From an uncultured Gemmatimonadales bacterium (lineage in GTDB: Bacteria; Gemmatimonadota; Gemmatimonadetes; Longimicrobiales; Longimicrobiaceae): 64,000 nt of DNA. The DNA lies in the NCBI GenBank assembly GCA_963716255.1, contig OY970303.1, positions 1,152,001 to 1,216,000 of the forward strand, in the 5' to 3' direction. This document shows, one piece after another, positions 22,201 through 34,418 of the stretch (position 1 is the first letter of the stretch; each line of letters starts with the position of its first letter). A model generated the notes under the pieces. The model saw nothing but the letters and a program-made list of their open reading frames with translations, was not told the DNA's origin and did not search any database. The position numbers and the translations under genes are program-made.

Positions 22201-25200
22201 TACACCCGGATGAAGTGCAGCACGTTGCGGTGCGTCTGCACCACCCCCTTGGGCTGCCCCGTGGAGCCCGAGGTGTAGAGGATGTAGGCGGGGTCGTCCG
22301 GCGAGGCCGTGTGCGGCGCCGCGGCCGGGCGGTCGAACTCGGCCGCGGCGTCCTCCACGTCCACCAGCGGGAGGCACCCGCCGGCCAGCTCGCGCGCCAG
22401 CACGAGGTTGGCCGCGTTGGTGACCAGCGCGGCGGCCCCGGAATCCTCCAGCACGTAGGCGCTGCGCTCCCTGGGGTAGAGCGGGTCGATGGGCACGTAG
22501 GTCTTCCCGGCCCTGAGCACGCCCAGGATCCCCACGATCATGGCGGCGTCGTGCTCGAAGAGCAGCGCGATTCGCTCCGGCCCGGCCGGGCGCGCGCGCA
22601 GGATCGCCCGCGCCACGCCCTCCGCCGCGCGGTCCAGCTCGGCGTAGGTGAGCCGCGTGGTCCGGGTCCGCACCGCGAGCCGGTCCGGGTGGCACCGGGC
22701 CTGGGCCTCGAAGCGCGCGGGGATCGTCTGCCCGGTCTCGGCGCGCGCGAACTCCGCGAACGGCCGGTCCGTGCCGATCCCGCGGGCGGTGACGGAGCGA
22801 CGGTCGCGCTCCGCCTCGCCCAGGAGCGGGATCCGGGAGACGCGCAGCTCCGGGTCGGCGGCGACGGCGCGGAGCAGCGTCGACAGCTGGTCCAGCGCTT
22901 CCTCCATCCGCGCGCCCTCGAACAGCTCCGCGGCGTACACCAGGTCCAGGAGGATCGCGCCGCCGGCCTCGCGGGCGTACAGCGTCAGGTCGTACTTGGC
23001 CAGCGGGGCCCACTCGCCGGAGCTCCCGACCTGCTCGCCCGTGTCCTCCTCGCCGACGTTCTGCAGGTTGAGCATCACCTGGAACACCGGGGTGTGGCTC
23101 AGGCTGCGCACGGGCTGCAGCTCCTCCAGGACGCGCTCGAAGGGGAGGTCCTGGTGGGCGTACGCGCCCAGCGTGCCCTCGCGGACGCGCGCCAGCAGCT
23201 CCCGGAAGGTGGGATCGCCGGACAGGTCGGTCCGCAGCGCCAGGGTGTTGAGGAAGAAGCCGATCAGCCCCTCGGTCTCGCGCCGGGTGCGGCCCGCGAT
23301 GGGGGTGCCCACCACCACGTCCGCCTGCCCGGACCAGCGGCCCAGCAGCACGGCGAAGCCGGACAGCAGCGTCATGAAGAGGGTCGCGCCCTCCTGCCGC
23401 CCCAGGGCGCGGAGCCGGTCGGCCGCGGCGGCGTCGATCCGGAGCGAGCGCGCCCCGCCGCGGTGGCTGAACACCGCCGGGCGCGGCCGGTCCACCGGGA
23501 GCTCGAGCAGGGGAGGCGCCCCCGCCAGCCGCTCGCGCCACCAGGCGAGCTGCCGCTCCAGCGTCGCGCCGCTGAGCCAGGCGCGCTGCCACACGGCGTA
23601 GTCCGCGTACTGCACCGGCAGCTCGGGGAGCGGCGACGGCTCGCCGCGGGAAAAGGCGCCGTAGAGGGCGAGGACCTCGCGCACCAGCACGTCCATGCTC
23701 CAGGCGTCGGAGACGATGTGGTGCATGGTGAGCAGGAGGACGTGGTCCTCCGCGCCCAGGCGCAGGAGGGTGCTCCGCAGCAGCGGGCCCCGCGCCAGGT
23801 CGAAGGGCCGCAGGGCCTCCTCCCAGGCCAGCCGCTCCGCCCGCGCCTCGCGCTCCGCCTGCGGCACGCCGGCCAGGTCCAGCACGGGCAGCGGCACGGG
23901 AGCGGGTTCGAGGACGACCTGCACCGGCTCGCCGCCCTGTTCGGCGAAGACGGTGCGCAGCGCCTCGTGCCGCGCGACCAGCGCGTCCAGGCTGGCCCGG
24001 AGCGCGGCCGTGTCCAGCGCTCCGGGCAGGCGCACCACCTCCGGGATGTTGTAGGCGGCGCTCCCCGGCTCCAGGCGGTCCACCAGCCACAGCCGCTGCT
24101 GCGCGAACGACAGCGGCAGTGCGCTGCGCGCCTCGCGCGGGATCCGCTCGATCGGCGGGGCCATGGCCGCCCCGGCGCCCCGGAGCGCCTCGATGCGCCC
24201 GGCCAGGCCCGCCACCGTGGGCGCCTCGAAGAGCGCCCGCAGCGGCACCTCCACGCCGAACGCCTGCCGCGCACGCGAGATCACCCGGGTCGCCAGCAGC
24301 GAGTGCCCGCCGAGCGAGAAGAAGCTCTCGTCCGCCCCCACCCGCTCCACGCCCAGCACCTGCGCCCAGATCCCCGCCAGCACCTCCTCCGTCTCCGTGC
24401 TCGGCGCGGCGGAGTCCGCCCCCGCGCCCCGCTCCGGCGCCGGGAGCGCGCCGCGGTCCACCTTGCCATTGGCGGTAAGGGGAATGCTCTCCAGCACCAC
24501 GAAGGCCCCCGGGACCATGTACTCCGGCAGGCTCCGCCGCAGGTGCGCGCGCAGTCCCTCCGTCTCCACCTCGCCCACCACGTACGCCACCAACCGCTTG
24601 TCGCCCGGCTCGTCCTCGCGCACGATCACCCGCGTCTGGCGCACCCCCGGGTACGCAGCCGCCGCGCCCTCCACCTCCCCCATCTCGATGCGGAAGCCGC
24701 GCAGCTTCACCTGGTCGTCCTGCCGGCCCATGAACTCCAGCCTGGCGTCCGCGTTCCAGCGCACCCGGTCGCCCGTGCGGTACATGCGCGCGCCGGGCTC
24801 GGGCGCGAACGGGTCGGGGACGAACTTCTCCGCCGTCAGCTCCGGGCGTCCCAGGTAGCCACGCGCCACCCCGTCGCCGCCCACGCACAGCTCCCCCGCC
24901 ACGCCCACCGGCGCCGGGTTCATCCCCGGTCCCAGCACGTAGGCCCGCGCGTTGGGGATGGGCCGCCCGATGGGCACCGTGGCCGCGCCCTCGGCCACCT
25001 CCTCCACCACTTCCAGGGTGCACCACACCGTGGCCTCGGTGGGGCCGTACTCGTGCAGCACGCGCCCGGGCCTGCCCTCGCGCAGCATCCGGCGCACGCT
25101 CTGCGTCCCCACCGCCTCCGCCCCGAACACCAGCTGGCGCAGCCCGGCGTACACGTCCACCTGCTCGCGCACGTGCTGGTGGAACAGCGCCGCGGTCTGG

Positions 25201-28200
25201 TACAGGTGCGTGATCCCCTGCTCGCGCAGCGCCCGGCCGAGCGCCGGCGCGGAAAGGAGCACGTCGCGCTCGATGCCCACCAGCACGGCGCCGTGCAGCA
25301 GCGCGCCCCAGATCTCGAAGACCGCCGCGTCGAAGCTGGCGTTGGACGCCTGCCCCACGCGGTCGCCCGGACCCAGGGGCATGGTGTCGGGGAGGCACGC
25401 GGCGTACTGCACCACCTCGCGGTGCGACATCATCACGCCTTTGGGGCGTCCCGTGCTCCCGCTGGTGTAGAACACGTACGCCAGGTTCCCGCCTCGCGCC
25501 CCGCCGCGCGGCGCTTCGGCGGGCGCGGCGGCCAGCGCCTCCGCGGCGCCGTCCAGGTCGACCACGTGGAGCCCCGCGCCGGCCAGGGGGGCCCACAGCC
25601 CGCCCCGGCTCACCAGCACGCGCGCGGCGGAGTCGGCCAGCATCATGCGGATGCGCTCCGGCGGATAGCCGGGGTCCACGGGGACGCAGCAGCCGCCGGC
25701 CTTCATCACCGCCAGGGTGGCGACGACCATCTCCAGGCCGTGCTCCAGCAGCACGCCCACGCGATCCTCCGGACCGACACCGAGCCCCACCAGGTGGTGG
25801 GCGAGACGGTTGGCCCGCGCGTCCAGCTCGCGGTAGCTCAGCTCCTCGCCCCACGCCAGCGCCGGAGCGTCCGGCGTGCGCCCCGCCTGCGCCTCGAACA
25901 GGTCGTGAACGCAGGCGTCCTGCGGGAAGGCCCGGGCCGTCCGGTTCCACTCGTCCACCACCCGGGCGCGCTCCGCCGCGGACAGGAGCGACGCCTCCGA
26001 GATGCGCGTGTCGGGACGGGCGGCCATGGCCTCCAGCACCGCCTCCAGGTGCCCCACCAGGCGCGCGGCCGTATCCGCGTCGAAGAGCGCCGCGACGTAG
26101 CTGAGGGAGCCCGCCAGCGGGCCCTCGCCGTCCACGACGCTCAGCTCCAGGTCGAACTTGGCGGCGTATTCGCCCCCGCCGAACGGCTCCAGCGCCACCT
26201 CGCCCAGCCGCAGCCGCTCGTCGTCGCCGCCGGAGCGGGCAAGCTCGAACGCCACCTGAAAGAGCGGGTTGTGAAGCAGGCTGCGCTCCACGCCCAGCTC
26301 GTCCACCAGCCGCTCGAAGGGAACGTCCTGGTGGTCGAACGCGCCCAGCGACATCTCCCGCACGCGTCCCAGCAGCTCCGTCCAGGTGGGGTCGCCCGAC
26401 AGGTCGGTCCGCAGCGCCAGCGTGTTGACGAAGAAGCCGATCAGCTCCTCCGTCTCCGTGCGTGTCCGCCCCGCGACCGAGGTCCCCACGACCACGTCCT
26501 CCTGCGCTGCGTAGCGCCCCAGCAGCACCTGCCACCCCGCCAGCAGCGCCATGAACAGCGTGGCCCCCTGGCCGCGCGACAGCTCCCGCAGCTCCCCCGA
26601 CAGCGCGGGCGGGAGGCGGAACCCGTGGCTCGCCGCCCGCGGGCTCTGCCCGGGCTGGCGCGGACGGTCGGTGGGGATCTCCAGCAGCGGCGGAGCCCCG
26701 CCAAGCCGCTCCTTCCACCAGCCCACCTGCTCCTCCAGTACCGCGCCGCCCAGCCGCTCGCGCTGCCAGACGGCGAAGTCGGCGTACTGGATGGGGAGCT
26801 CCGGGAGCCGCGGCTCCTCGCCGGCGGCGTGGGCGGCGTAGAGCGCGGACACCTCGCGCACCAGCACGCCCATGCTCCAGCCGTCGCTGACGATGTGGTG
26901 GAGCGTGAAGCACAGCACGTGGTCGCCGTCGTCCAGGCGCAGCAGCACGCTCCGCAGGAGCGCCCCGCCCTCCAGCTCGAAGGGCCGCGTGGCCTCCGCG
27001 GCGGCCAGGCGCCGCGCCTCGCGCTCGCGCGCGGCGGCGGGGAGGGCGTGCAGGTCCACCGTGGGGAGCCGCACGGATCCGGCCGGGCGGACGTCCTGCA
27101 GGGGGATGCCCCCCTGCTCGGTGAAGACGGTGCGCAGCACCTCGTGGCGCGCGACGAGCCCGCGCAGGGCGCCCCGCAGCGCGGCCGTGTCCAGGGCGCC
27201 GCGCAGCCGCAGCCCGGCGGGCACGTTGTACGCGAAGCTCTCCGGCTCCAGCCTCTGAACGACCCAGAGCCGCATCTGCGCGAAGGAGAGCGGCAGCCCC
27301 GCGCCTTCCTCGCGCGGCACCCGCGCGATCGCGGACGCGGCGCCGTCCTCCGGCGCGGAGGCGGAATCGTCGCCGGGCCCCCTCAGCCCGTCCACGTGCG
27401 CGGCCAGCTCGGCCACGGTGGACGCGTCGAAGAACTCCATCAGCGGCACTTCCACGTCGAACGCCTGCCACACCCGCGAGACCACCTGCGCCGCCAGCAG
27501 CGAGTGGCCGCCCAGCTCGAAGAAGTCCTCCTCCGCCCCCACCCGGTCCAGGCCCAGCACCTCCGCCCAGATCCCGGCCAGCACCTCCTCCGTGCGCGTC
27601 CGCGGCTCCACGTACCCCTCGCCCGCGCCGTCCACCTGCTCCGGCGCCGGCAGCGCCCGCCGGTCCAGCTTGCCGTTCGCGTTGAGCGGCAGCTTCTCCA
27701 GCGCCACCAGCGCGCCCGGCACCATGTAATCCGGCAGCCGCTCCGCCAGGCGCGTCCGCAGCTCCTCCGCCGCGACCTCCCGCCCCGCCTCGAAGACCAC
27801 GTACCCCACCAGGCGCGGGTTCCCCGGCACGTCCTCGCGCACCACCACCACCGCCGCCCGGACCCCCGCCACCCCGGCGAGCACCGCCTCCACCTCGCCG
27901 ATCTCGATGCGGAAGCCCCGCACCTTGACCTGCTGGTCCAGGCGCCCCAGGTACTCCAGCACCCCACCGGCCAGCCACCGCACCCGGTCTCCCGTCCGGT
28001 ACAGCCGCGCGCCGCCGCGCGCCTCCCTCGCGAACGGGTCGGGGACGAACGTCGCCGCCGTCTGCTCCGCCCGCCCCAGGTATCCCCGCGACACCCCCGG
28101 CCCCGCCACGTGCAGCTCGCCGGGAACCCCCACGGGCTGGGGGTGCCCCGCCGCGTCGAGCACGTACACCCGCACGTTGGGCAGCGGCCGCCCGATCAGG

Positions 28201-30668
28201 ACCGGTCCCGACCCGACCCCCTCCGGGATCTCGTGGCTCGTCGCCAGCACCGTGGCTTCGGTGGGGCCGTAGAGCACCGAGAGCCGCGCCCCCGGGAACA
28301 CCTCCCGCATCTCCGCCCACAGCTCCGGCGTCACCGGCTCGCCCCCCGAGACCACCCACCGCACCCCCGCCAGCGCGCCCGGCTCCGCCTCGCGCGCCGC
28401 CGCCACGATCTGCCGCATCAGCGACGGCACCGCGTTCATCAGCCCCGCTCCACGCAGCTCCTCCACGATCCGCGCCGGCTCCCGCACGTGCTCCAGCGGG
28501 AGCAGCCGCACCGTCGCCCCCGCCGAGAGCGGCACCAGCGCCTCGAAGACCCAGATGTCGAAGGCGAAGCTGACCATCGCCAGCGACACCTCGCCCTCGC
28601 GCGGCTCGAAGACCTGCCGCATGGTGGCGACGAAGTGCCCCAGGCTCCCGTGCTCGACGACCACCCCCTTGGGCGTCCCCGTAGATCCGGAGGTGTAGAG
28701 GACGTACGCCGCGCTGCGCGGGTCCACCCCCACGGCCGGCGCCTCGTCCGCGGCCGCCGCGATCGCCTCCGCGTCGCGGTCCAGGCAGACCGTCTCCCCC
28801 GCGAAGTCGGGGAGGCCCTCCAGCAGCGCGGCGCGCGTGAGCACGACCGGGGCGGCCGAGTCGGCCAGCATGAAGGCCACGCGCCCGGCCGGGTAGGCGG
28901 GGTCCAGCGGGACGTAGGCGCCCCCGGCCCTGAGCACGCCGAGCACGGCGACGAGCAGGTCGACGCCGCGCTCCAGGCAGATGCCCACGCGGGTCTCGGG
29001 GCCGACGCCCAGCCCCGCCAGGTGGTGGGCGAGCCGGTTGGCGCGGTGCTCCAGCTCGGCGTAGGTGAGGGACGCGCCGGCGCTGGTGGCGGCGGACAGG
29101 CCGGGCGTGCGCGCGGCCTGCTCGGCGACGAGCCGGGGAAAGGAGACGGGCCGGTAGGCGGCGGCGGTGGCGTTCCACTGTTCCAGCAGCTGGGCGCGCT
29201 CGCCGGGGCGCAGCAGCGGCACCTCGGAGAGGCGCCGCCCGGGGTCGGCGCTCATGGACTCCAGGAGCACGTCCAGGTGCCCCTCCATGCGCGCGATCGT
29301 CTCCGGATCGAAGAGCGCCCGCCGGTACGTCATCACCCCGTGGATGAGGTCGCCGTCGTCCTCCAGCGAGAGCACCAGCTCGCTCGGGTTGTTCACCGAC
29401 CCCTGCCCGAACACCTCCAGCCGCACCGGCCCCAGCGACAGCGCCGCGCGGCTCGTCGCGCGCTCCAGGCGGAACGTCACCTGGATCAGCGGCGAATGGG
29501 TGGGGCTGCGCTCCACGCCCAGCTCCTCCACCAGGCGCTCGAAGGGGAGCTCCTGGTGCGCATACGCGCCCATCGCCCCGTCCCTGACCCGCCCCAGCAG
29601 CTCGGTCCAGGTGGGGTCCCCGCCCAGCTCCAGGCGCAGGACCAGCGGGTTGACGAAAAGGCCGATCAGCCCCTCCAGCTCCACGTGCGAGCGCCCCGCC
29701 GTGGGGGTGCCCACCACCACGTCCTCCTGCCCCGCGTAGCGCGCCAGGAGCGCCTGCCACCCGGTCAGCAGCGTCATGAAGAGCGTCGTCCCCTCGCGCT
29801 GCGTCAGCGCCCGCAGCCCCCGCGCCGCCGCCGCCGGGAGGCTGATGCGGTGGGTGGCCGCACGCGCGCTCTGGCCCGCCGCGCGCGGACGGTCGGTGGG
29901 GACGTCCAGGAGCGGCGGCGCTCCCGCCAGGCGGCCGCGCCAGTATGCCAGCTGCGCCTGGAGCGTGGCGCCGGAAAGGAAGTCGCGCTGCCAGACGGCG
30001 TAGTCGGGGTACTGCACCGGCAGCTCCGCCAGCTGCGGCTCCCCGCCCCGGCTGAACGCCTCGTAGAACGCCGAGACCTCGCGCACCAGCACGTCCGTGC
30101 TCCACCCGTCGCCCACGATGTGGTGCATCGAGAAGAAGAGCACGTGCTCCTGGTCGTCCAGCCGCAGCAGCACGCTGCGCAGCAGGGGCCCGCGCTCCAG
30201 GTCGAAGGGCCGCAGCGCTTCCCGCAGCGCGACCCGCTCGGTCTGACGCTCCCGCTCTGCCGCGTCGAGCCCCCGCAGGTCGACCAGCTTCAGCGCCGCG
30301 GCGCCGCCGGGCTCCACGACCTGCACGGGCGTGCCGCCCTGCTCGCGGAAGACCGTGCGCAGCACTTCGTGGCGGCGCACCAGCGCGTCCAGGCTCCGCT
30401 TCAGCGCCGCCGCGTCCAGCGGGCCGTGGAGCCGCAGCCCGCTCGCCATGTTGTACGTGGGGCTGTCCGGCTCCAGCCGGTCCACGAGCCACAGCCGCTG
30501 CTGCGCGAAGGACAGCGGCGCCGGACCGTCGAGACTCCGCCGCGATATCTGCTCCCTCGCGTCCGAGCCATGCCGCCTGCGCAGGAGGTTCTGCAGGAGC
30601 TGCCGCCTCTTCTCGGCGGACAGCTGCTCGACGCGCTCCGTGACCTCTCGGGTCTGATCGTGGCTCAT
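10299..30668 (-). CDS. Non-ribosomal peptide synthetase 1, 6789 aa, six C-A-T modules, methyltransferase inserted in the module 4 A domain, no E or TE domain
   Basis: ORF 10299..30776, likely start ATG 30668 (MSHDQ...). Six SFAQ(Q/M)RLW...HHxxxD C domains, six YTSGSTG.PKG A domains and six GGHS T motifs (~27505, 24305, 21100, 16860, 13680, 10515). Confidence 0.96.
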   Translation of the reverse strand: MSHDQTREVTERVEQLSAEKRRQLLQNLLRRRHGSDAREQISRRSLDGPAPLSFAQQRLWLVDRLEPDSPTYNMASGLRLHGPLDAAALKRSLDALVRRHEVLRTVFREQGGTPVQVVEPGGAAALKLVDLRGLDAAERERQTERVALREALRPFDLERGPLLRSVLLRLDDQEHVLFFSMHHIVGDGWSTDVLVREVSAFYEAFSRGGEPQLAELPVQYPDYAVWQRDFLSGATLQAQLAYWRGRLAGAPPLLDVPTDRPRAAGQSARAATHRISLPAAAARGLRALTQREGTTLFMTLLTGWQALLARYAGQEDVVVGTPTAGRSHVELEGLIGLFVNPLVLRLELGGDPTWTELLGRVRDGAMGAYAHQELPFERLVEELGVERSPTHSPLIQVTFRLERATSRAALSLGPVRLEVFGQGSVNNPSELVLSLEDDGDLIHGVMTYRRALFDPETIARMEGHLDVLLESMSADPGRRLSEVPLLRPGERAQLLEQWNATAAAYRPVSFPRLVAEQAARTPGLSAATSAGASLTYAELEHRANRLAHHLAGLGVGPETRVGICLERGVDLLVAVLGVLRAGGAYVPLDPAYPAGRVAFMLADSAAPVVLTRAALLEGLPDFAGETVCLDRDAEAIAAAADEAPAVGVDPRSAAYVLYTSGSTGTPKGVVVEHGSLGHFVATMRQVFEPREGEVSLAMVSFAFDIWVFEALVPLSAGATVRLLPLEHVREPARIVEELRGAGLMNAVPSLMRQIVAAAREAEPGALAGVRWVVSGGEPVTPELWAEMREVFPGARLSVLYGPTEATVLATSHEIPEGVGSGPVLIGRPLPNVRVYVLDAAGHPQPVGVPGELHVAGPGVSRGYLGRAEQTAATFVPDPFAREARGGARLYRTGDRVRWLAGGVLEYLGRLDQQVKVRGFRIEIGEVEAVLAGVAGVRAAVVVVREDVPGNPRLVGYVVFEAGREVAAEELRTRLAERLPDYMVPGALVALEKLPLNANGKLDRRALPAPEQVDGAGEGYVEPRTRTEEVLAGIWAEVLGLDRVGAEEDFFELGGHSLLAAQVVSRVWQAFDVEVPLMEFFDASTVAELAAHVDGLRGPGDDSASAPEDGAASAIARVPREEGAGLPLSFAQMRLWVVQRLEPESFAYNVPAGLRLRGALDTAALRGALRGLVARHEVLRTVFTEQGGIPLQDVRPAGSVRLPTVDLHALPAAAREREARRLAAAEATRPFELEGGALLRSVLLRLDDGDHVLCFTLHHIVSDGWSMGVLVREVSALYAAHAAGEEPRLPELPIQYADFAVWQRERLGGAVLEEQVGWWKERLGGAPPLLEIPTDRPRQPGQSPRAASHGFRLPPALSGELRELSRGQGATLFMALLAGWQVLLGRYAAQEDVVVGTSVAGRTRTETEELIGFFVNTLALRTDLSGDPTWTELLGRVREMSLGAFDHQDVPFERLVDELGVERSLLHNPLFQVAFELARSGGDDERLRLGEVALEPFGGGEYAAKFDLELSVVDGEGPLAGSLSYVAALFDADTAARLVGHLEAVLEAMAARPDTRISEASLLSAAERARVVDEWNRTARAFPQDACVHDLFEAQAGRTPDAPALAWGEELSYRELDARANRLAHHLVGLGVGPEDRVGVLLEHGLEMVVATLAVMKAGGCCVPVDPGYPPERIRMMLADSAARVLVSRGGLWAPLAGAGLHVVDLDGAAEALAAAPAEAPRGGARGGNLAYVFYTSGSTGRPKGVMMSHREVVQYAACLPDTMPLGPGDRVGQASNASFDAAVFEIWGALLHGAVLVGIERDVLLSAPALGRALREQGITHLYQTAALFHQHVREQVDVYAGLRQLVFGAEAVGTQSVRRMLREGRPGRVLHEYGPTEATVWCTLEVVEEVAEGAATVPIGRPIPNARAYVLGPGMNPAPVGVAGELCVGGDGVARGYLGRPELTAEKFVPDPFAPEPGARMYRTGDRVRWNADARLEFMGRQDDQVKLRGFRIEMGEVEGAAAAYPGVRQTRVIVREDEPGDKRLVAYVVGEVETEGLRAHLRRSLPEYMVPGAFVVLESIPLTANGKVDRGALPAPERGAGADSAAPSTETEEVLAGIWAQVLGVERVGADESFFSLGGHSLLATRVISRARQAFGVEVPLRALFEAPTVAGLAGRIEALRGAGAAMAPPIERIPREARSALPLSFAQQRLWLVDRLEPGSAAYNIPEVVRLPGALDTAALRASLDALVARHEALRTVFAEQGGEPVQVVLEPAPVPLPVLDLAGVPQAEREARAERLAWEEALRPFDLARGPLLRSTLLRLGAEDHVLLLTMHHIVSDAWSMDVLVREVLALYGAFSRGEPSPLPELPVQYADYAVWQRAWLSGATLERQLAWWRERLAGAPPLLELPVDRPRPAVFSHRGGARSLRIDAAAADRLRALGRQEGATLFMTLLSGFAVLLGRWSGQADVVVGTPIAGRTRRETEGLIGFFLNTLALRTDLSGDPTFRELLARVREGTLGAYAHQDLPFERVLEELQPVRSLSHTPVFQVMLNLQNVGEEDTGEQVGSSGEWAPLAKYDLTLYAREAGGAILLDLVYAAELFEGARMEEALDQLSTLLRAVAADPELRVSRIPLLGEAERDRRSVTARGIGTDRPFAEFARAETGQTIPARFEAQARCHPDRLAVRTRTTRLTYAELDRAAEGVARAILRARPAGPERIALLFEHDAAMIVGILGVLRAGKTYVPIDPLYPRERSAYVLEDSGAAALVTNAANLVLARELAGGCLPLVDVEDAAAEFDRPAAAPHTASPDDPAYILYTSGSTGQPKGVVQTHRNVLHFIRVYTNNLRIGHDDRLTLFSSYTFDAAVMATYGALLNGAALLPFDWREEAPAGVAEWMRREGITLYHSTPTVFRHLVAELPEGERFPHVRVVVLGGEETQRRDVEAFHAHFAPGAVLVNGLGPTESTVTLQSYIRHDTPLPRGTVPVGHPVEDTEVVLQTPLGEQVAVYGVGEMVIRSAHVAPGYWRKPEQTAAAFAEDAASGLRSYRTGDLGRRLPDGALEFVGRADFQVKVRGFRVELGEVEAVLRAHPAVREAVVTAQLDGRGERWLAGYVVAAEGAEAPPAEALRSWARERLPGYMVPAAFAALETLPLTPSGKVDRLALPAPERAERAADVAPATPTEEVLAGIWAEVLGMTDAVGARDDFFALGGHSLLATRVMARVREAFGVEVPLRALFEAPTLEGLAGRIETLRSAGAGVAPPIERVSRAEPLPLSFAQQRLWLVDRMEPGNPTYNLPYVLRLRGALDTGALRASLDALVRRHETLRTVFTEQGEPAQVVQPPVPVALPALDLRGLPEPQREAEAERLAAAEAMLPFDLARGPLLRCTLLRLADDDHVLCFTLHHIVSDGWSRGVLVREVSELYGAFTRGDAPGLPELPVQYADFSVWQREWLSGEVLEEEIGFWRERLAGAPPLLEIPVDRPRAVGQSPRAAGHGFRLSPEISQGLRALSRREGTTLFMTLLAGWQALLARYADQDDVVVGSPIAGRTRRETEGLIGFFVNMLALRADLGGDPTWSELLGRVREAALGAYAHQELPFERLLGELNVERSLTHTPVFQTAFALNRSDGGDERLRLGEVVLEPFGGGERIARFDLDLVFTDFTDVLDGGLVYRPALFEAATIERMAGHLETLLAAMAADPLGRLSELSLLRESERAQLLAGSSAASLGHAPACVHELFSAQAARTPDLTAVSFGGETLSYGELERRSNRLAHRLRAHGVGPEARVAVCLERGPQMVVGILGVLKAGGAYVPLDPDYPAERLAYTLSDSGARLLLSQGGLADALPPFAGAVVRLDADREAIAAGSDEAPASGASVHNAAYVIYTSGSTGRPKGVVVEHASLVSTLLATRDTFGFAAGDVFPGMASYAFDIWTFEVFAPLLAGGKVRLLPQETVRDVERLVEELAGTDGVHAVPALMREVVARVQAGPGTLPRIRGVFIGGDAIAPDLLEQVQVAFPAAQVWAMYGPTENTMISSGTPLRRGSRYDWQMVGRPLPGVGMYVCDAGGSLLPMGIAGELRLAGAGVARGYLGRADVTAEKFVPDPFSDRAGARLYRTGDRVRRRADGELEFLGRIDSQVKIRGFRIELGEVEAALLENDFVREAVVAVREDAAVGAPAQKRLVAYVVPEPESSAELWPSIGEYHVFDEMIYQGLTHDTLRNARYLRALQRHAPGKVVLDVGTGMDAILARLAVQAGARHVYAVELLERSFLAARARIRELGLEDRITVIHSDARTVELPELADVCVSEIVEAIAGGEGAAHILNGVQRLMAPGAVMIPGLTQTCMAAASLPESIRRAPAFSRSGAHYMERIWEEVGHPCDVRLSIKDFPWQNRLTDVGVFEEVDFNRSPVPEAYVRVEELAVERAGRLDGLVLWLRMELSEGEILDMAEEETAWFPIYFPLFDPGVEVEPGDRLVVECRGDLHPTKVAPNYSVRGVLARGSGEEVPFEFDSAHHVEVFRATPFYRRLFAGEGIPVREAAKPHLPGLLRAHLAARLPEHMVPGAFVVLEKLPRNANDKVDRRALPAPEQDAAAGYVAPRTAAEEVLAGIWAEVLRAERVGTLDNFFERGGHSLLATQVISRVRQALGVEIPLLALFEAPTVAALAGLVDGLRGSSAPAAPPMERVSREAPLPLSFAQQRLWVVDRLEPGSTAYNMPFALRLRGVPQVAALRASLDALVRRHETLRTVFAEQGGGPVQVIHPPAPVELRELDLRDLPEAEREPRARRLAAAEAMLPFDLAQGPLLRSTLLRLGEDDHVLCFTLHHVVSDAWSMQVLVREVSALYDALSRGASPRLPELPVQYADFAVWQRSWFSGAVLDEQIAYWKDKLGGAPPLLEIHTDRPRSAVAGTRGGSHHFMLPAGTTEGLRTLSRREGATLFMTVLAAWQALLGRYAGQEDVVVGTPIAGRTRRETEGLIGFFVNMLALRADLGGDPTWSALLRRVRATALGAYDHQELPFERLVDELGVERSLTHSPLFQAIFALERAGGTDERLRLGGLGLEPFGVGGHDATFELELSVVDDGGPLAGALVYLAVLFDAETIARMTGHLEATLEAMAAHPDAPISQLSLLSGAERAQVVGEWNRTERDFPRDATLHDLFAARVERAPDSPALSWGEELSYRELDARANRLAHHLVGLGVGPEARVGVLLEHGPEMVVATLAVMKAGGCCVPVDPAYPPERVRMMLDDSAARVLVSRGVLSAPLADAGLHVVGLDRVADVLAAGPADPPRSGAAAGNLAYVFYTSGSTGRPKGVMMAHGEVVQYAVCLPGTMPLGPGDRVGQASNASFDAAVFEIWGALLNGATLVGIDRDVLLSTPSLGRALREQRVTHLYQTAALFHQHVRAQVDVYASLRQLVFGAEAVGTEGVRRMLREGRPGRVLHEYGPTEATVWCTLEVVEEVAEGAATVSIGRPIPNARAYVLDVELEPVPVGVAGELCVGGAGVVRGYLGRPELTADRFVPDPFAAHAGTRMYRTGDRARWGADGRLEFLGRLDEQVKLRGFRIEMGEVESALAACPGVRQARAIVREDEPGDKRLVAYVVAEAGMEVSGGALREHLSARLPGYMLPSAYVVLDHLPLNANGKVDRRALPAPERAAGEGYTAPRTPAEEVLAAIWAEVLHRDRVGVEDGFFDLGGHSLLATQVISRARQAFGVEVPLRALFEAPTVAALAGRIESLRSAGGPPAPPIERIPREAGRALPLSFAQQRLWLVDRLDPGNLAYNLSYALRLRGGLDTDALRASLDALVARHETLRTTFAEQGGGPVQVIHPPAPVPLPAQDLRDLPEAEREAEAERLAVGEALRPFDLARGPLLRSMLLRLAEDDHVLLFTLHHVVSDGWSMQVLVREVSELYAASVRGEEPALPELPVQYADYAVWQREWLSGEVLEAQIGFWKTQMAGAPPLLEVPTDRPRSGGQAPRAGSHGFRLAPGVARGLRELSRREGATLFMTLLAGWQSLLSRYSGQDDVVVGTPIAGRNRRETEGLIGFFVNMLALRADLGGDPTWTELLGRVRETALGAFDHQDLPFERLIDELGVERSLTHTPVFQAIFALQRPGRGEELSLDAVRLEPFGEGERVAKFDLSLNMVDVEEEIGGTLLYRAGLFEADTAARMVGHLETLLGAMASHPQRRLSETSLLRGPERAHLLHAWNGADAGYTGELCIHELVRAQVLRTPDAPALRFQGHSLTYAELFRRSCQLANRLRREGVGPEVRVGICMDPALEMVVAVLGVLLAGGAYLPLDPELPAERRAYVLRDAAPALLLTQSALAERLEDWGVPLLRVDAEAGRIARESDEAPATGVDPDNLAYIIYTSGSTGRPKGVLCEHRGVGNTFLELGRVYGAAPGERNLAYAPLFFDASVADIFTALCNGAELVLARREAKMPGEDLLRTLREERITHLKIMPSALTVTPVEALPELKVIVTGGEVLAAELVRRWTAEGRRFFNGYGATEAGIRMTSSPYSWEGGDPPIGRAVANTQLYVLDAQLEPVPVGVPGELYIGGVGVMRGYLGRPDLTAERFLPDPHRGIAGARLYRTGDVGRRRTDGEIDFLGRTDHQVKVRGYRVELGEIEATLRGHRQVKEAIVLLREDVPGQQRLVAYVTAEAGAELTAAELRTHVAKQVPEYMVPGAFVVLERLPVTANGKIDRRALPEPERDTDAYVAPRTAMEELLAGIWAEVLGLERVGATESFFELGGHSILATQVIARVRRTLGVEVPLRALFETPTVEVLARTVEEQLIQGLDAGELADHLGRLSPPDADPGSAPAAE
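17130..18170 (-). other. SAM-dependent methyltransferase domain (PRMT-like) embedded between the A8 and A9 motifs of NRPS1 module 4
   Basis: About 345-aa insertion after LVAYVVPE and before [15 protein letters not shown], with motifs [28 protein letters not shown] and DVCVSE. Boundaries approximate. Confidence 0.85.
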
Positions 30669-30983
30669 GATCGTAGGTATGGCGATGAAGTCGCGGCGGC
30701 CCGGGCGGGAGAGCCCGGCAAGCGGTGTCGCGGGGGGCCGCCGGTACCGGCGCCGGAGGCCGCCACGACGACGCACGGCTCCTCCGGCCTGGCGGGGAAT
30801 CGCTCCGCGACCGGGCGCAGGACTCCGGCATCGACCCGTTCCAGCCAGTGGATCTCCGGCTCCACGCCGCCCCCATGCGCCGCCTCGTCCGGAACGGCGG
30901 CGTAGCGGGCCATCTTCACAAGGAGGTCTCCCTGGAGCCGATCCTTACTCGCCAGCATTCGCACGGCGGAATCAGGGTGCGGG

Positions 30984-31013
30984 AGTATAATACTGGTCTC
31001 AATCTGAAAGCAA
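30984..31013 (-). promoter_or_regulatory. Candidate sigma-70 promoter for the NRPS operon (TTGCTT-N18-TATACT)
   Basis: The only AT-rich patch upstream of NRPS1. On the minus strand, -35 is at 31013-31008 and -10 at 30989-30984. Confidence 0.35.
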
Positions 31014-31149
31014 CGGCCTGGGAAATCGGATGTTCACGGCGCCACGACGCACCGGAACGGGCGCGCGGATTCGGGGGGAAAGCCGCGGCGCGGCAGCCGG
31101 CGCCGCTCGCGGGCCGACGGGGGATGGGGAGGGTTGGAAGAAGGCTAGC

Positions 31150-31842
31150 TCATCGTTCGAGCCTGTAGCCGACCTTCCAGATGGTGAGGAGGTGGCGGGG
31201 GTTGGCGGGATCCTTCTCGACCTTGCGACGCAGCTCCGCGATGTGCATGTCCACGGTGCGCGTCATCACCGCGGAGCGGTGTCCCCAGACCTCCTTGAGC
31301 AGGTCGAGCCGCGACGCCACGGCGCCGTCGCGGCGGAGGAGCGCGCACAGGAGGTCGTACTCCTTGGGGGTGAGCGAGACCGGCGCGCCGTCCCGCAGCA
31401 CCGTGTGGGTGGCGAGGTTCACCTCGACCTCGCCGAACCGCTCCACGGACGCCGCCTTGCCCGCGGGGCCGGGGCGGGCGCCCGAGCGGCGGAGCAGCGC
31501 GGCGATCCGGGCGAGGAGCTCCAGGATCCCGAAAGGCTTGGTCACGTAGTCGTCGGCGCCGAGCCGGAAGCCGAGCACCTTGTCCGCCTCCTCGCCACGG
31601 GCGGTGAGGATGAGCACCGGCATCTCCCGTCCTTCCTCGCGCAGCGCCTTCAGCACGCGGTTCCCGTCCATCTCCGGAAGCATCAGGTCGAGGATGACGA
31701 GGTCTGGCTCCCAGGCGCGCGCCTGCCGGAGCCCTTCCGGTCCCGTCGCGGCCACGGCCACCTCGTGTCCCTCCAGCTCGAGGCTCGTGGACAGCCCGAA
31801 AGCGAGGTTCGCGTTGTCCTCGACCACGAGGATCCTGCTCAC
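31150..31842 (-). CDS. OmpR/PhoB-family response regulator
   Basis: Receiver motifs ILVVEDN, DLVILDLMLP and GADDYVTKPF; winged-helix tail RTVDMHIAELRRK...TIWKVGYR. GTG start overlaps the kinase stop. Confidence 0.95.
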   Translation of the reverse strand: MSRILVVEDNANLAFGLSTSLELEGHEVAVAATGPEGLRQARAWEPDLVILDLMLPEMDGNRVLKALREEGREMPVLILTARGEEADKVLGFRLGADDYVTKPFGILELLARIAALLRRSGARPGPAGKAASVERFGEVEVNLATHTVLRDGAPVSLTPKEYDLLCALLRRDGAVASRLDLLKEVWGHRSAVMTRTVDMHIAELRRKVEKDPANPRHLLTIWKVGYRLER

Positions 31843-33611
31843 GCGGCTCCTCCCGCTCCCGGCCCGGACCGGGAGTGCACGGCGTCGCCCTCCCGGTCCG
31901 CCGGAAGCGCCGGGAGGGAGATCACGAACCGTGCGCCCCCGCCGGGAGCATCCTCCACGGAGGTCGCGCCGCCGTGCAGCGTGGCCACGTCCCGGACGAC
32001 GGCGAGGCCGATCCCGCTCCCCCCAGTCGCGGCCTCCGCCGCCCTCGACAGGCGATGGTAGGGGCGCCAGATCCGGTCCCGGTCCGCGGCCGGGATGCCG
32101 GGCCCCTCGTCGTCCACCCGGATCCGGATCTCCGCCCCGACGCGCTCCACGCCGACCTCCACGTGCTGCCCGTCGGGGCCGTACTTCACCGCGTTGTCGA
32201 GCAGGTTGAGAACCGCCTGGCGGATGGCGTCCGCGTCGACGGCCGCGTACACGCCCGGAGCCCCGGCCAGCCGGAGCGAGGCGCCCCGCGACGATGCGAG
32301 CGGCGCGAAGGACTCGACCGTTTCCCGGACCACGCGGTCGACGTCGGTGGGCGCGGACGCCACCGGCTCGGGCCGCCGCTCGGAGCCGGCGAAACGGAGG
32401 ACGTTCTCGACGAGGTAGCTCAACCGCCGCGCCTCGTCGCTGATGATGTGGATGGAGCGGGCGCGCTGCGGCTCCGGCAGCCGCCCCGACAGGAGCAGGT
32501 CGGCGAACAGGCGGATCTGGGCCAGCGGAGTGCGGAGCTCGTGCGACACCCCCGAGACGAATTCGCTCCGCATCCGGGTGAGCTCCTGCTGCCGGCGCAT
32601 CTGCACCAGCGCGATCACCCCCAGCAGCAGGGTCAGGAACAGGACGCCGACGAGGAGGGGGAGGCGTGACCGCGGCAGTCCCCCGATCACCAGGCGGTCC
32701 GCGATCTCGGGCCGGACTCCCACGCGCAGAACCAGGCGCCCGAAGTCCTCCCCGACGGTGTCCACCGCCACGGTGGTGGGGTTGAGAGTCCCCCGGGACC
32801 GGAAGACGGGCTCCCCGGACGGCGAGGAAACCGCGACCGCGAGCAGCGCCCGGTTGGGCTCGCCGTCCGTGAGCGTGGGCGGAAGCAGCGGGTCCCGCTC
32901 CAGGATCCCCGTGATCACCGAGCGGGTGAACTCCGGCAGGTCCAGAACGAACCCGTAGACCCCGGAGGGCTCCCCCTCCTCCGTGGTGGCGATCCTGTAC
33001 AGCAGGGACTTCGACGGCTGCCCGGGAACGGGCACCCGGGTGATCCCCTCGCCGTCGTCGCTGATCTGGCGGGTCACGCGGCTGCTTCCGTGGCGGATCG
33101 TCACTTCACGGGCGGGCGGCGGGGGCACCCGCAGCTTCGATGCCTGCTCCCGGACCCACCCCAGCTGCGCCGCGGAAAGCCTGGACGAGGTGACGGCGAA
33201 GCGCCCGTCCGTGAGGTTCAGGTAGAAGAAGTCGTGAGTCGCGCCGGAGCAGCCGCACCGGTCGAGCGCCGGCTCGGTCCAGCGCAGCAGGTCGGTGACC
33301 GCCGACTCGGGATCCCGGTCGGCGGGCGTGAGCTGGGACGGCAGCCCTCTCGCGAGGGCCGCGGAAAGTGTCTGCTTCGCCGTTTCCCCGAGCCGGCGCT
33401 CGAGCTCCCAGCTCGCAAACGCCCCGTAGTCCCGGAGCGTGCCCTCGCTGGCCGCGCGGTGCGAGCGCGCGGCGTCCTGCGCCTGGTAGGCGAGCACGCC
33501 GGAAAGGGCGAAGGTGAGCACCAGCACCACCAGCGGCAGGGAGCGGGACAATCCGGGTTCCTTCCAGCGCCTGCCGGTGGAAAGGGGCAGCCTTGTTCGC
33601 ATCCTGTTCAC
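31839..33611 (-). CDS. Membrane sensor histidine kinase
   Basis: Two TM segments, H-box VSHELRTPL, N-box NLLDNAVKY, G-boxes DEGPGI and GSGIGL. Start uncertain (GTG 33611 or ATG 33602). Confidence 0.93.
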   Translation of the reverse strand: MNRMRTRLPLSTGRRWKEPGLSRSLPLVVLVLTFALSGVLAYQAQDAARSHRAASEGTLRDYGAFASWELERRLGETAKQTLSAALARGLPSQLTPADRDPESAVTDLLRWTEPALDRCGCSGATHDFFYLNLTDGRFAVTSSRLSAAQLGWVREQASKLRVPPPPAREVTIRHGSSRVTRQISDDGEGITRVPVPGQPSKSLLYRIATTEEGEPSGVYGFVLDLPEFTRSVITGILERDPLLPPTLTDGEPNRALLAVAVSSPSGEPVFRSRGTLNPTTVAVDTVGEDFGRLVLRVGVRPEIADRLVIGGLPRSRLPLLVGVLFLTLLLGVIALVQMRRQQELTRMRSEFVSGVSHELRTPLAQIRLFADLLLSGRLPEPQRARSIHIISDEARRLSYLVENVLRFAGSERRPEPVASAPTDVDRVVRETVESFAPLASSRGASLRLAGAPGVYAAVDADAIRQAVLNLLDNAVKYGPDGQHVEVGVERVGAEIRIRVDDEGPGIPAADRDRIWRPYHRLSRAAEAATGGSGIGLAVVRDVATLHGGATSVEDAPGGGARFVISLPALPADREGDAVHSRSGPGAGGAA

Positions 33612-33779
33612 CAGCGAGTCCGGGGCCGTCCGGCCGCGGGCCCGCGAGGCCGGGGTCCGGTCGTACGAAGCACGGGTACGGGAAAGGTCCCATACCCGTG
33701 AAAGGCGCAGGGGGTGCCGCGGCCCTCCGGCGCGGCGTCCGCCCCGGGGCGGGCCGTCCGCCGCGGGTCCTTCCGGCGG

Positions 33780-34259
33780 CTACGGACGGCGGCGCGGGCG
33801 CGACGGACCGTTCTCGAACCGGATCCGGGCCCTCTGGATGCCCAGGATCGGGTGCGGCGGGTCCATCCCGATGCGGATCATCACCCCCCGGATGTCCTCG
33901 CCCTTCTGCACGTAGACCGTCATGGCGTTCCCGTCCTCGACCGGCTGCTCGAATCCCAGCACCGTGTACCCGGCGAACTCGGCGGCCACGTCGGTGGCCG
34001 GGATCATCCCCTCGCCGTTGCCGTAGTCCGGCGCCGCGTGCTGCGTCAGGTACGCTTCCGCCGCGATGAAGTCGCCGCGGAGGAGGGGCTCCAGGAATCC
34101 GGCCGCGCGGCGGGCGCGCATGTCGTCCGTCGGGAAGGTGCGGAAGGGCAGGTTCGCGGTCTGCTGCTGCTGCTGCACCGCCCCCTGCTGGGCGGACAGG
34201 GCGCCGGAGCCCGCCACGAGCAGGAAGAGAGCGAGCAGGGCGTGGGCGATGCGGTTCAT
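33780..34259 (-). CDS. Hypothetical secreted protein (159 aa)
   Basis: ATG 34259 after AGAGG; signal-peptide-like MNRIAHALLALFLLVAGSGALSA-QQ. Confidence 0.7.
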   Translation of the reverse strand: MNRIAHALLALFLLVAGSGALSAQQGAVQQQQQTANLPFRTFPTDDMRARRAAGFLEPLLRGDFIAAEAYLTQHAAPDYGNGEGMIPATDVAAEFAGYTVLGFEQPVEDGNAMTVYVQKGEDIRGVMIRIGMDPPHPILGIQRARIRFENGPSRPRRRP

Positions 34260-34418
34260 GGGACCTCTGTCGTTCCGGTTGTGAGGCACGGGCCTTCCCG
34301 CGCCGAATGACCATCAATCTGGCGACCCGGATCCGGGTTCGTGTTACGCTGGCGTATGCAGGTATCCTGGGTTCTGTAAGCGTTCTGTCAGGACGCACCT
34401 TCCGCCGGCGTCCGCCGG

